Shown here: positions 29,022-38,464 of the stretch, in pieces
How positions within the stretch are numbered: the first letter of the stretch is position 1
Layout: every line of letters starts with the position of its first letter
Virus record (IMG/VR): IMGVR_UViG_3300032294_003095
From: an uncultured virus (IMG/VR IMGVR_UViG_3300032294_003095)
Taxonomy: Duplodnaviria > Heunggongvirae > Uroviricota > Caudoviricetes
Length of the DNA: 64,000 bases
Strand: one strand, 5' to 3'
Program-made: the position numbers and the translations under genes
Notes under the pieces: model-generated
Seen by the model: the letters and a program-made list of their open reading frames with translations, nothing else
What the model was told of the DNA's origin: nothing
Database searches by the model: none

Positions 29022-29087
29022 ATGTCATGATATTATATTTAAACAAATAGTTTTTTATTTGTATATTTGAAAATTAAATTTTAGGTT

Positions 29088-29447
29088 ATGAGCAGCTATC
29101 ATGGTAAAATGTTATACACTACAAAAGTAGATGGTATGAAATCACTCAGTTCCGAGGTGAATGTTGGAGTTTATGGTATATTTAGATCAGATTCCGGATC
29201 GGGTTCTTGGGAGTACTACTTAATTTCTTATAAATTAAATGGTAGTGATATAAAATTGACAGATGATTGGCACATATATGCAATGGATGCCACTTATGAT
29301 ACTATCAGAAAACATTCTAAAAAGGTTCAAACTGTTGAAGAAGGTAGAAAGATGTGTGATGATTACAAATGTAAGTGGGTTAGTGGTTCTAATGATACCT
29401 TACAACACAAAAGAGATGAAAAACTAACTGAGATACTTGATAAGTAA
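29088..29447 (+). CDS. Hypothetical protein with C-terminal RDEKLTEILDK tag
   Basis: ORF; TATATTTG at 29062-29069. Confidence 0.6.
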   Translation: MSSYHGKMLYTTKVDGMKSLSSEVNVGVYGIFRSDSGSGSWEYYLISYKLNGSDIKLTDDWHIYAMDATYDTIRKHSKKVQTVEEGRKMCDDYKCKWVSGSNDTLQHKRDEKLTEILDK

Positions 29448-31322
29448 TTAAGTGTTTTTCCACTTATACCACATCTTATAAATATCTAAGTCTTGAAAAA
29501 CATCTCCAATGAATGCTTGTGATAAGTGAGTTAAATTGAATATCGTATCATTTGATGTTCTTTTTACTCTTTCATCACCTTCTGTTAATAAGTTTAATAA
29601 TTCAGGATCAAAATTTATCATAGAGTTTTTAAATCTTAAATACCTATCACTATTATTTAGTCCTCTTTCTTGTGGAAGAGCAGGCATTCCATCTCTTTGA
29701 GATGATTTATTTGGATATGCGTATAATAAGTACTTTATAATGCCTTTTGTAAGAGTATTGTCAGATATAGAAAATCCTATGTATACCTTATACATAGATT
29801 GTATCACTTGTAATTTAGATTTTTTTATTTCAAAATCGTTATCAATTAAGTATTGCTTTATTTTATCAGTATCAACTTCAACATCAGATAGCTCATTTAG
29901 AATTTGATCCGATATTTTAATATTATCTACCTCTTCATCTCTAAAGTGATATTTACCAGTCAGTGGATTTAAAACTACAAATCTACTAAGTGTATCTACT
30001 TCTTCACCATCTAGCTGAGCTTTTACTAAAGCATCTCCGAAAAAATCTTTAGTGATATAATCTTCATCACCATAAGCATTAATAAATATACCTCTACTCT
30101 CGTCACTAGGAATATAGTCGTTCATAACCTCCGAGTGAACTACATCATCTAAATAATACGAACCATCAAAACATTCAGAATATACAGTCTCCTCATTAGG
30201 AGCAGCATGTATGCCTTTATAATCTAACCATATTGCAGAATCTTCATGAACCCAGTCACGAGCATTTTCACACCAAACAGCATAATCTCTGTCTAAATAT
30301 TCTCCGTGATACTCAGACCAAACACCTTCATCAGATATAAATGTTCCATCAGTATTTTGTAACTTATAATAACCTTCTTCCGGCCATTTGTCACTATCAT
30401 TAGTTAGAATGTTATCAATATAATTGTAGATATAGAAGTTATCCATATATGGATAGAAGTCATATGATATTTTACCTAATTGAACTTTATATGTTTTATA
30501 ACCTTTAGTCACATCTAACCATTCTTTAGAAGAAGCATACTTTTTAAAAGTTTCAATATCATAATCGTTGATGGTATAAATTCTATCCATAACTGTATTT
30601 CCATCGGCAGTCTTCCAAACTAATGCTCTGCCTGATATTTTCTCTTTACCCTGATCTGAGTACATAATTAAAAGACTACATACTTCTGGATTTTTAACAT
30701 AAATATCTAAATACTTTTGACATTTATCATATCTCATACAAGAGTTACCAAGTTGACTTTTTCTTTCAGCATAATTTGTTTCTAAATACCACTTTCTAAT
30801 ATCTTCACCAGTAACTAAATCCATTTTTTGATCAAAGTTGTATTCAAAGTCAAAAGTGGCTTTAAAAACATTTATAAACTTCTCTAATGATGTATCTGCC
30901 AATCCGATACCAGCGTCTTTAAAAACTTTTCTCGCATATTTACCGATACCAACCTCACCTCTTTGTTCTTTCCAGGATGAATTTTCAGTATCAACAGTTC
31001 CGATAAATTTCAAATACTCATCAAAATTATCAAAATTATCAGGCTTCGGAATTGTGTTTTTATCATCAAATTTTCTCCTAACTCGATTAGATTGAATAAA
31101 AGAGACCATGTCATTTCTATCAGTCAAGTCAATAAGGGTAATATCTAAAGAAACTTGATTTGAATTTTCAGCATGTCTCAGTGCGGATGCTAGTCTAGTA
31201 ACGTCTGTATCTTTAGAGGTCTTTTCTATCTTAGAAAGAAATTCTCTAAGTCTTTTAGAATAGAAAATTCTAACGGCATTAGCATTGGATTCAAAAATAT
31301 ATTCAACAAAACTCTTTATCAT
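29448..31322 (-). CDS. SCM..GRALVW..MDRIY domain protein, paralog of the 12577 ORF
   Basis: LGNSCMRY...IYVKNP.VCSLL...GRALVW...MDRIY...YPYMD; CTS-like start; late-type promoter at 31329-31337. Confidence 0.7.
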   Translation of the reverse strand: MIKSFVEYIFESNANAVRIFYSKRLREFLSKIEKTSKDTDVTRLASALRHAENSNQVSLDITLIDLTDRNDMVSFIQSNRVRRKFDDKNTIPKPDNFDNFDEYLKFIGTVDTENSSWKEQRGEVGIGKYARKVFKDAGIGLADTSLEKFINVFKATFDFEYNFDQKMDLVTGEDIRKWYLETNYAERKSQLGNSCMRYDKCQKYLDIYVKNPEVCSLLIMYSDQGKEKISGRALVWKTADGNTVMDRIYTINDYDIETFKKYASSKEWLDVTKGYKTYKVQLGKISYDFYPYMDNFYIYNYIDNILTNDSDKWPEEGYYKLQNTDGTFISDEGVWSEYHGEYLDRDYAVWCENARDWVHEDSAIWLDYKGIHAAPNEETVYSECFDGSYYLDDVVHSEVMNDYIPSDESRGIFINAYGDEDYITKDFFGDALVKAQLDGEEVDTLSRFVVLNPLTGKYHFRDEEVDNIKISDQILNELSDVEVDTDKIKQYLIDNDFEIKKSKLQVIQSMYKVYIGFSISDNTLTKGIIKYLLYAYPNKSSQRDGMPALPQERGLNNSDRYLRFKNSMINFDPELLNLLTEGDERVKRTSNDTIFNLTHLSQAFIGDVFQDLDIYKMWYKWKNT

Positions 31323-31348
31323 TAATTGTATATATTAATAATAATCAG

Positions 31349-31356
31349 TATATTTG
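31349..31356 (+). promoter_or_regulatory. Bacteroidetes-type -7 element TATATTTG (leaderless)
   Basis: Same spacing to ATG 31361 as at 7483/7495. Confidence 0.6.
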
Positions 31357-31360
31357 TATA

Positions 31361-32107
31361 ATGAAAAATTATGTTGCATATCGAGAAAAGTACTTTTTAG
31401 GAGACATCCACGGTGAATGGAGTGTCATACTTAATCATTTGCGACGAGTTAGTGATTTTGACTTAGAGGAGAAAAATAATGTCTGTTATATACAAGTCGG
31501 AGATTTTGGAATCGGATACAATGATCCTAAGATTGAACTAAGAAAGTTACTTGTACTTAATGATGAATTAGTTAAACATGAAAGTGATCTTTTTATTATA
31601 CGTGGTAATCACGATGATCCAGAGTGGTTTATTGCTGACAAAAAAGCAGAATATAAAGAACAATTGACTAATATTTTCTTTGTACCAGACTATACTGTAT
31701 TGAATATTGATTTTGAGAATATTCTTTTTGTAGGTGGTGCTGTGAGTATTGACCGTAACTACAATAAAATGTATGGTGGTAAATACTGGGAAGATGAAGT
31801 AGTTAAATTTGACTTTGAACTTGTTAAAGAATTAAGGGATATTGATAGAATGATTTGCCATACAAGTCCAGATTTTGTTGAACCTTTGACTTTTAATAAT
31901 CTTGTTTATAGGTATGCTATGAATGATGATTTACTTTTGGGTGATTTAACAGCCGAAAGAGGAAATATGACTAAATTAGTTACCGAAGTTATGAATAATA
32001 ACAAATTAAAAGGTTTCTATTATGGTCACTTCCATAGAAACTATAGATTCTATCATAATGATTGTGAATTTGTCTGTTTAGATATAAACACATTCAAAAA
32101 TGTATAA
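31361..32107 (+). CDS. Calcineurin-like metallophosphoesterase
   Basis: GDIHG, VGDFG, RGNHD, GGAVSIDR, CHTSP, YGHFH. Confidence 0.9.
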   Translation: MKNYVAYREKYFLGDIHGEWSVILNHLRRVSDFDLEEKNNVCYIQVGDFGIGYNDPKIELRKLLVLNDELVKHESDLFIIRGNHDDPEWFIADKKAEYKEQLTNIFFVPDYTVLNIDFENILFVGGAVSIDRNYNKMYGGKYWEDEVVKFDFELVKELRDIDRMICHTSPDFVEPLTFNNLVYRYAMNDDLLLGDLTAERGNMTKLVTEVMNNNKLKGFYYGHFHRNYRFYHNDCEFVCLDINTFKNV

Positions 32108-32108
32108 C

Positions 32109-32138
32109 AAAAAACCCACTCAATGAGTGGGTTTCTTT
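32109..32138. terminator. Bidirectional terminator
   Basis: AAACCCACTC-aat-GAGTGGGTTT. Confidence 0.75.
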
Positions 32139-32139
32139 A

Positions 32140-32685
32140 TTATTTAAAGTTATTAAAACTTTTAATCGACTTCATTTCAGATTCTAAATCTTTATTTGCC
32201 AATTGTCCTTCTGTTTCATCAAATGAAGGTTCTTCTTGGTTCACCGTAGTTGGATAAGACGCCTTTGGACCACCTATCAATTCACCGTTGTGTAGTAATT
32301 TCGCGTCATTTGGATTACCATGATTCTTTAGAAAGTTATAAACGTGTTCTAAATTCTCATTAGCAACTGAAATATGATCAGATGCCCAATCGTGTTCATT
32401 TAATATATCATCAATTTTAGACTCATCCATTTGTAGTAATTCATCAATCATATTTTTCATAGTTTCTAAATTACCAAAGAACATATAATTATTTTGTTCT
32501 CTATGCTCATAAGTACCTTCAGCACTATCTTGATTAGAATTAGATGTTTTACACATTTCAGCTAGTTCATAGTTAGAGCAACTCTCAAGTTCCTCCGGAG
32601 TATAACCACACTTACAAAGCATATCACACATTTCTTCTCTGGACATACCTTCTTCGTGGGCTTCAAATTTTTTCAAAAACTTCAT
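32140..32685 (-). CDS. CTS-like protein (MKFLKKFEA; C-terminal MKSIKSFNNFK)
   Basis: ORF with the motif at both ends. Confidence 0.65.
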   Translation of the reverse strand: MKFLKKFEAHEEGMSREEMCDMLCKCGYTPEELESCSNYELAEMCKTSNSNQDSAEGTYEHREQNNYMFFGNLETMKNMIDELLQMDESKIDDILNEHDWASDHISVANENLEHVYNFLKNHGNPNDAKLLHNGELIGGPKASYPTTVNQEEPSFDETEGQLANKDLESEMKSIKSFNNFK

Positions 32686-33827
32686 TTTTTGTTTTTATTT
32701 TTTCTTCCTACGTGTGAAGGTTTTTTTTTAACGTCCTTCGTCCACTCTTTGGATTGTTTAGTTATATAATCAGTAGCCAATCTGTGAGTATTTGCCACGG
32801 GATCATTATCTTTATTATTACCTGGAAATAATCTAGAGGCCATATTATTGTATTGTGTAAATGACATAACCGAGCTTGCCATTCCTGGTGCTTGAATTGA
32901 ATCGGTTGCTTCAGAAACCGGAACTTCTTCACCACTTCTAAATTTAGTTATCTCACCACCTTTCTTACTTCTATCAGTTGTTTTGTGCAGAGAGAGTTTT
33001 AACTCGTGACCAAAATCATGTGAAAGTGCTGATCTCTCCTTGAACATAGTTCTAACATGTTCAACATTTTTTGGATCATCATCTGAGAATCCAACAGATA
33101 CAGACTTAGCACCAATCCTTTGTCCATAGTCATTACACTTCTCAATAAACTTTTCAAGTGCCATTTCTTTAGCTTTCTCCGGATTTTGAGCGGATCCCTC
33201 TCCAAATTCTTTTCTAAATGACTCCGAACTTACGCCATAAAAATCACAATGGTCAAGATAGGTTTTAATTAATTTAGTCTTTGAAGTAAGTCCTTTTGGA
33301 ATTCTATCAAAATCTGTTTCTAATCCAAAAATATAGACATGTTTTAAACAATTATTATATAATAAGTATTGTTCATCTTCAGAAAGGACATTATCTATGA
33401 TATACTCAACCGCATTTCTCATAGTCTGTGGTTCATGACCTCTAGCTGTTATTATTGAGAATATAGCTCCTTCTTTTAAACAAATTATAAATTTATCCCA
33501 AGATGGACCTAATTCTTTATTAGATAATGCTTTTTTGACATCTTCAATAAATGCCATATCACCTCTTGGTCCAGTATCTCTAAATTGTGAGAAGGCGATA
33601 GTAGGATCATTATCTCTTAGTCTATAATTTTCCTTGTCATTTCTAACCACCGCAAATTCTGCAGTAGATACCTCAATAGGTACCCAATTATCTCCTTCCT
33701 TCCTATCCATTAGGATAGTAGTTGGCATGTGTAGGATATTATCATCCCAGTCAAATGCCCAGTAGTGTAATTCAGGACCATTTGAGTTTTCAAAAATTTC
33801 AAAGTCATTAAATTTTAAAATAGACAT
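32682..33827 (-). CDS. HAD-superfamily hydrolase-like protein with CTS-like N-terminus
   Basis: AFDWDDNI (DxD), IITARGH, K, GFSDDD motifs. Confidence 0.7.
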   Translation of the reverse strand: MSILKFNDFEIFENSNGPELHYWAFDWDDNILHMPTTILMDRKEGDNWVPIEVSTAEFAVVRNDKENYRLRDNDPTIAFSQFRDTGPRGDMAFIEDVKKALSNKELGPSWDKFIICLKEGAIFSIITARGHEPQTMRNAVEYIIDNVLSEDEQYLLYNNCLKHVYIFGLETDFDRIPKGLTSKTKLIKTYLDHCDFYGVSSESFRKEFGEGSAQNPEKAKEMALEKFIEKCNDYGQRIGAKSVSVGFSDDDPKNVEHVRTMFKERSALSHDFGHELKLSLHKTTDRSKKGGEITKFRSGEEVPVSEATDSIQAPGMASSVMSFTQYNNMASRLFPGNNKDNDPVANTHRLATDYITKQSKEWTKDVKKKPSHVGRKNKNKK

Positions 33828-33831
33828 TAAA

Positions 33832-34200
33832 TTACTTTCTTTTTTTCAAAAAGGAATTAAAAGATTCTAATTTACTTTCTCCAATTTGTGTATCATCATC
33901 TTCCTCAAATTCATCTTGAGCGTCATCATCATCGTCATCCGAATCTTGTGCCTCATCTTCATCAAATTCATCTTGAGATTCATCGTCAGAATCTTCTTCA
34001 GAACCAAATTCTTCAAAGTCTTGAATTTCTTCACCATCAAAGTCTTGAGCTTCTCCAGACTCATCATCAGATTGAGATTCACCAGATTGGATTTCAAATT
34101 CCTCAATTACTTCATCGTCTTTAACGGCGCTTACAGAAATAACACCATCAATTTCTTCGATAACGATTTCATAACCATTAATTTCAATTGTAGTTTTCAT
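33832..34200 (-). CDS. Highly acidic protein with C-terminal CTS-like motif
   Basis: D/E-rich, ends ESKLESFNSFLKKRK; promoter at 34220-34228. Confidence 0.65.
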   Translation of the reverse strand: MKTTIEINGYEIVIEEIDGVISVSAVKDDEVIEEFEIQSGESQSDDESGEAQDFDGEEIQDFEEFGSEEDSDDESQDEFDEDEAQDSDDDDDDAQDEFEEDDDTQIGESKLESFNSFLKKRK

Positions 34201-34452
34201 ATTTTTAACTATTTTTTTGTATATATTAAAATTTCAAATGTATTTTTTTAATACAGTTTTACTTGATATTATATATTAATTTAAGCATCAACCCATTCCA
34301 TCTTTAAACATAAAGTCTGTAAATTTGACAACAACGGAAATATTGAAAGTATAATTAGTAAACCATTTCATAGACTTAACAAGGATTTCTGTTTGTATAT
34401 TGCTCAGATTCCTTGTATAAAAAGAGATTGATAAAAAATAATAATTATAGAT

Positions 34453-35109
34453 ATGGATTTTAAAAAATACGCAACTAAAAATTTCAATGTTAATAGTCTC
34501 TATTTTGATGACTACTTTAAGCATGTTAATAAAAAATCAAATTATATCGATGATGGATTTGCACCATCCATGGCGGATGTCTTTAGTAAGATGTTAAATG
34601 ATAGAATTATTTTTTTGAATACAGATTTAGAATCTGGAGTTTGTAATGTGTTAAAAGCTCAGCTACTATATTTAGATAGTATATCAAATGATGATATTTC
34701 TATTTATATTGACTCACCGGGTGGATCAGTATATAGTGGATTAGGATTATTGGATGTTATGGAATATGTAGAGTCAGATATTGAGACAATCAATACTGGT
34801 CTAGCTGCATCTATGGCAGCGGTTATTCTTTGTTCTGGTGCAAAAGGTAAGAGAAAGGCCCTAAAAAGAAGCAGAACTATGATACACCAACCACTAGGCT
34901 ATGGTGGATGGGTTCAACAAGCATCTGATATGGAGATCGAGGCAAGAGAAATTAACGATCTTAAAAAAGAACTCTACGAAATTATATCAAAAAACACTGG
35001 TCAAAAGTATGATAAAGTCTATAAAGATGGAGATCGTGACTATTGGATGACTTCTAAAGGAGCATTAGAATATGGAATGATTGATAAAGTCATAAAATCA
35101 AAAAAATAA
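34453..35109 (+). CDS. clpP: ClpP protease subunit
   Basis: YIDSPGGSV, GLAASMAA (Ser), MIHQP (His), DRD (Asp), YGMID. Confidence 0.93.
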   Translation: MDFKKYATKNFNVNSLYFDDYFKHVNKKSNYIDDGFAPSMADVFSKMLNDRIIFLNTDLESGVCNVLKAQLLYLDSISNDDISIYIDSPGGSVYSGLGLLDVMEYVESDIETINTGLAASMAAVILCSGAKGKRKALKRSRTMIHQPLGYGGWVQQASDMEIEAREINDLKKELYEIISKNTGQKYDKVYKDGDRDYWMTSKGALEYGMIDKVIKSKK

Positions 35110-35119
35110 TATATAGATT

Positions 35120-35926
35120 ATGAAAAAATACTATTTTTCGGTGGCTTCTGTTTTTAAAAATGAAAGTTGGATACTCAAAGAGTGGATAGAACATTATAAA
35201 TTTCATGGTGCAGATCACATTTATCTAGTTAATGATCATAGCACTGATAATTATTTAGATATTTTAGAACCATATATTAAAGATGGTTTTGTTACTCTTT
35301 ATGAAAATGATATTGAAAATTACTATCTTAGTCGTCAGGTAGATATTAATAATAAATTTTTTAAACCAATTTTGAGCAATACTCAATGGTTAGCACAAGT
35401 TGATTTGGATGAATTTATATATAGTCCAAAGGAAACTGACATTAAAAAAATACTAAAAAAATACATCAATTACTCCGCAATTATTAGTAATTGGGTATAT
35501 TTTGGTTCTAATGGTCATAAAACACAACCAAAATATGTAGTACAAGGGTTTACAAAAAGATGTGAGTATAATGCTACAGCTTACATGAAACCAGCAGGAC
35601 ATCCTCAACAAACTGTTACTTTTGATGGAGCTAAAGCTATAGTAAATTCAGATTATAAAGTTGAATCTTTTAATATTCACGATGTTGTGGTAAATGGTGA
35701 AAAAATAAATTTATCTTATAAAACAAGTGATGATCCAGAATTATTAATAAATCATTATCAACTTCAATCTGAAGAGTATTGGAGAGAGATTAAAATTGGA
35801 AGAAAAACAGATGTCAATCATTGGTTTAGAGGAGTATCGAGAGATATGCAAGAATTTAAGGACTTGGATATTGGGGATATAAATGATTTTAGATTATATA
35901 AACAAAATGTTAAATTATTTACTTAA
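35120..35926 (+). CDS. Glycosyltransferase (GT2/GT92-like)
   Basis: FKNE..LKEWIEHY..G, NDHSTD, W...VDLDEF, INHY. Confidence 0.85.
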   Translation: MKKYYFSVASVFKNESWILKEWIEHYKFHGADHIYLVNDHSTDNYLDILEPYIKDGFVTLYENDIENYYLSRQVDINNKFFKPILSNTQWLAQVDLDEFIYSPKETDIKKILKKYINYSAIISNWVYFGSNGHKTQPKYVVQGFTKRCEYNATAYMKPAGHPQQTVTFDGAKAIVNSDYKVESFNIHDVVVNGEKINLSYKTSDDPELLINHYQLQSEEYWREIKIGRKTDVNHWFRGVSRDMQEFKDLDIGDINDFRLYKQNVKLFT

Positions 35927-35990
35927 TAAATCAAACACTTTGATCATTGGTAAGTTTATAAAATCAAAAAAATAATATAATATATAGAGT

Positions 35991-36347
35991 ATGAGAATTT
36001 TAAATTTTAAAAAATTCAATTTACTCGAATTCCACAAAATGGAAAATGTATTACCAGTTAACAGTGAATATAATTTTAAAATAACTGAAGATTCTGTTAT
36101 ACATTATCTAAAAGTAAAATTGAGTTCTTACGGATGGTCTCTACATAGAGAGATAATTTACTATGAATTTACAGTTGTTGAGTCTGAAACTAGTTCATAC
36201 CCAGTAGGTGGAATGATGGTTTTGGGATTGAATTTCAATAAAAAGTTAAATCATTTCCATTTCTATCCTTATTATTTTGATGAGGGACCTCACAAAATGA
36301 ATCAAATGGCTGAGATAACTAAAAAAGCTTACATTGAAATGTATTAA
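35991..36347 (+). CDS. CTS-like protein (MRILNFKKFNLLE)
   Basis: ORF; promoter at 35978-35986. Confidence 0.6.
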   Translation: MRILNFKKFNLLEFHKMENVLPVNSEYNFKITEDSVIHYLKVKLSSYGWSLHREIIYYEFTVVESETSSYPVGGMMVLGLNFNKKLNHFHFYPYYFDEGPHKMNQMAEITKKAYIEMY

Positions 36348-36350
36348 ATA

Positions 36351-36380
36351 AAAAAACCTCTGAATACTCAGAGGTTTTTT
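36351..36380. terminator. Bidirectional terminator
   Basis: AAAAACCTCTGA-atac-TCAGAGGTTTTT. Confidence 0.8.
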
Positions 36381-36385
36381 ACTTC

Positions 36386-36751
36386 TTAACCTTGTTGTTT
36401 AGGTTTTCTTGGAGGTCTTTGTCTCTTAGGTTTGTTACCATTTGAATTAGTATTCTGTTTAGGAGCACTATTTTGTTGTTGGTTTTTAGCAGCTGGCTTT
36501 TTAATCTTAGCCTTAATTTCCTTTGCTGTTTTTGGAGCTTCTGTTTTAACTTCTTTTGGAGTCTCAGATTTAGGCTCTTCAGCCTTAACAGGTGTCTCAA
36601 CTACAGCTTCAACCTTAACAGGTGATTCAACTACAGTTTCAACCTTAGGTTCCTCAACCTTGGTTTGAACAACAACTGGCTTTTCAACAGGTAACGTATT
36701 TGTCTCTTCTGAAGATCCAAATAATCCCTTTATAAATTTAAAAAATCCCAT
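36386..36751 (-). CDS. Low-complexity protein with amphipathic N-terminus (MGFFKFIKGLFG)
   Basis: P/E/K/V-rich linker and basic tail. Confidence 0.6.
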   Translation of the reverse strand: MGFFKFIKGLFGSSEETNTLPVEKPVVVQTKVEEPKVETVVESPVKVEAVVETPVKAEEPKSETPKEVKTEAPKTAKEIKAKIKKPAAKNQQQNSAPKQNTNSNGNKPKRQRPPRKPKQQG

Positions 36752-36847
36752 AAAATTTTTATTTTTTTAATATATATAAGAATCTATACCTCTCCCTTGT
36801 AAAAAACCTCAAAAAAACTTAAAACACTTTTGAATATATAACATATA

Positions 36848-38464
36848 ATGAAGTTTCGATATGAACCACAGTCTGAAGAATTAGTTGTATCAGATTCAAG
36901 TCGTGTAGAATACCACCAAATGAATATTTGGTTAACTCGACATGTGAAAGGATATAGATATATGCCTGCTTTTAAACTAGGTGTATGGAATGGTCAAAAC
37001 TCATATTTCAGAAATGGTAGAATCAATTTAGGATTATGGAAAGAATGTTACAAAGGATGTAAAGAAATTGATGTTCCATTTGTAATTGAAAATAAAGAAG
37101 ATTTTCCAATAAACAGAGATGTTACCTTAGAAAAAGTTCAAGACTTTTGTAAAGAATTTTTTAAAAATCACAAAGTTAGAAATAAACAAGGTGAATGGAT
37201 TCCATTTATGCCTTATGATCACCAGATAGATGCCGCTTATAAAATTCTAAAAAATAGATATTGTATGGCAGAGGTTGCCACATCTGGTGGTAAGTCACTT
37301 ATTATATCTATTGTTATATTCTATACTCTTAAAAATCTTAAACCAGATGCAAAATTTCTATTAATAGTACCTTCAATTACACTAGTTACACAATTCTATG
37401 ATAATATAATTGAGTATAATCACGGGGTTAATACTTTGGCCGAAATTAGAGAAAAGAAAATAGAATCTATATTAGATAGTAGAGACTATACCGCTTGTGA
37501 TATACGTATAGAAGAGGTGATGTCTGATAGGCCAAGAAAGTATTCAGGAACAGAAAATCCAAACATTTATATAGGTACTTATCAATCTTTGGAAAAGTGG
37601 CCAAAACAATTCTTTCAACAATTTCATACGGTTGCTTGTGATGAGGCACACGGTGCTAAAGCAAAAACGATCACAGGAATACTTCATAAAACATTTGGAT
37701 CAGCTTATTCAAGGTTTGGTGTATCTGGTACTTTCCCACCAGATGAGTCTTGTGAAATATTAACAATACAATCGGTACTTGGTCCTAAAATAACAGAGGT
37801 CTCTGCAAATGAGTTAAAAGAGAAAGGTATCATTACGCCTATGAACATAAAAGTTGTAATGATGAATCATCAGGATTTAGATTATGGAGAAAGACTTGAA
37901 TTGATAAAGAGAGGTGGTATGGGTAAAGAGGCTCTTGATTTAGAAAAAAGTTTCATACACGATTCAGAAAAAAGACTTAACTTTATTAAAAAAATAATAG
38001 ATAAATGTGATAAAAATACACTCGTATTATTTCACAGCATTGAATATGGTCAAAAAATATTAAATAAATTGAGAACTGAAATTACTGACAAAGATTTCTT
38101 TTATATTGATGGTGAGGTTAGAAATAAAGAGAGAGAAGCGATTAAAAAGTTCATGGAGGAAACTGGTAGTAATACTAAAATATTAATTGCCTCATATGGA
38201 ACACTTTCAACGGGTGTTTCTATTAATGCTATATTTAATGTAGTATTCGCTGACTCTTTTAAATCGGAACAAATTATCATTCAATCAATAGGTAGAGCAC
38301 TAAGATTACATGAAGAAAAAAAGACTGCTTTAATTTTTGATTTAGTTGATGTGTTCACTTTAGAATCACCTAAGAATATACTTTATAGACACTTTAAAGA
38401 AAGAGAGAAATTCTATGTTAAAAGAAAGTATCCATATACACTAACTAAGGTTAATTTAGTTTAG
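36848..38464 (+). CDS. uvsW: UvsW-like SF2 DNA helicase
   Basis: ATSGGKS, DEAH, SGT, STGVSI, QSIGRALR. Confidence 0.92.
   Translation: MKFRYEPQSEELVVSDSSRVEYHQMNIWLTRHVKGYRYMPAFKLGVWNGQNSYFRNGRINLGLWKECYKGCKEIDVPFVIENKEDFPINRDVTLEKVQDFCKEFFKNHKVRNKQGEWIPFMPYDHQIDAAYKILKNRYCMAEVATSGGKSLIISIVIFYTLKNLKPDAKFLLIVPSITLVTQFYDNIIEYNHGVNTLAEIREKKIESILDSRDYTACDIRIEEVMSDRPRKYSGTENPNIYIGTYQSLEKWPKQFFQQFHTVACDEAHGAKAKTITGILHKTFGSAYSRFGVSGTFPPDESCEILTIQSVLGPKITEVSANELKEKGIITPMNIKVVMMNHQDLDYGERLELIKRGGMGKEALDLEKSFIHDSEKRLNFIKKIIDKCDKNTLVLFHSIEYGQKILNKLRTEITDKDFFYIDGEVRNKEREAIKKFMEETGSNTKILIASYGTLSTGVSINAIFNVVFADSFKSEQIIIQSIGRALRLHEEKKTALIFDLVDVFTLESPKNILYRHFKEREKFYVKRKYPYTLTKVNLV

Noticed and set aside
33867..34524. 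Overlapping ORFs 33867, 33886, 33888 and 34288
   Set aside because: Alternate-frame products of the low-complexity acidic gene or AT-rich spacer.
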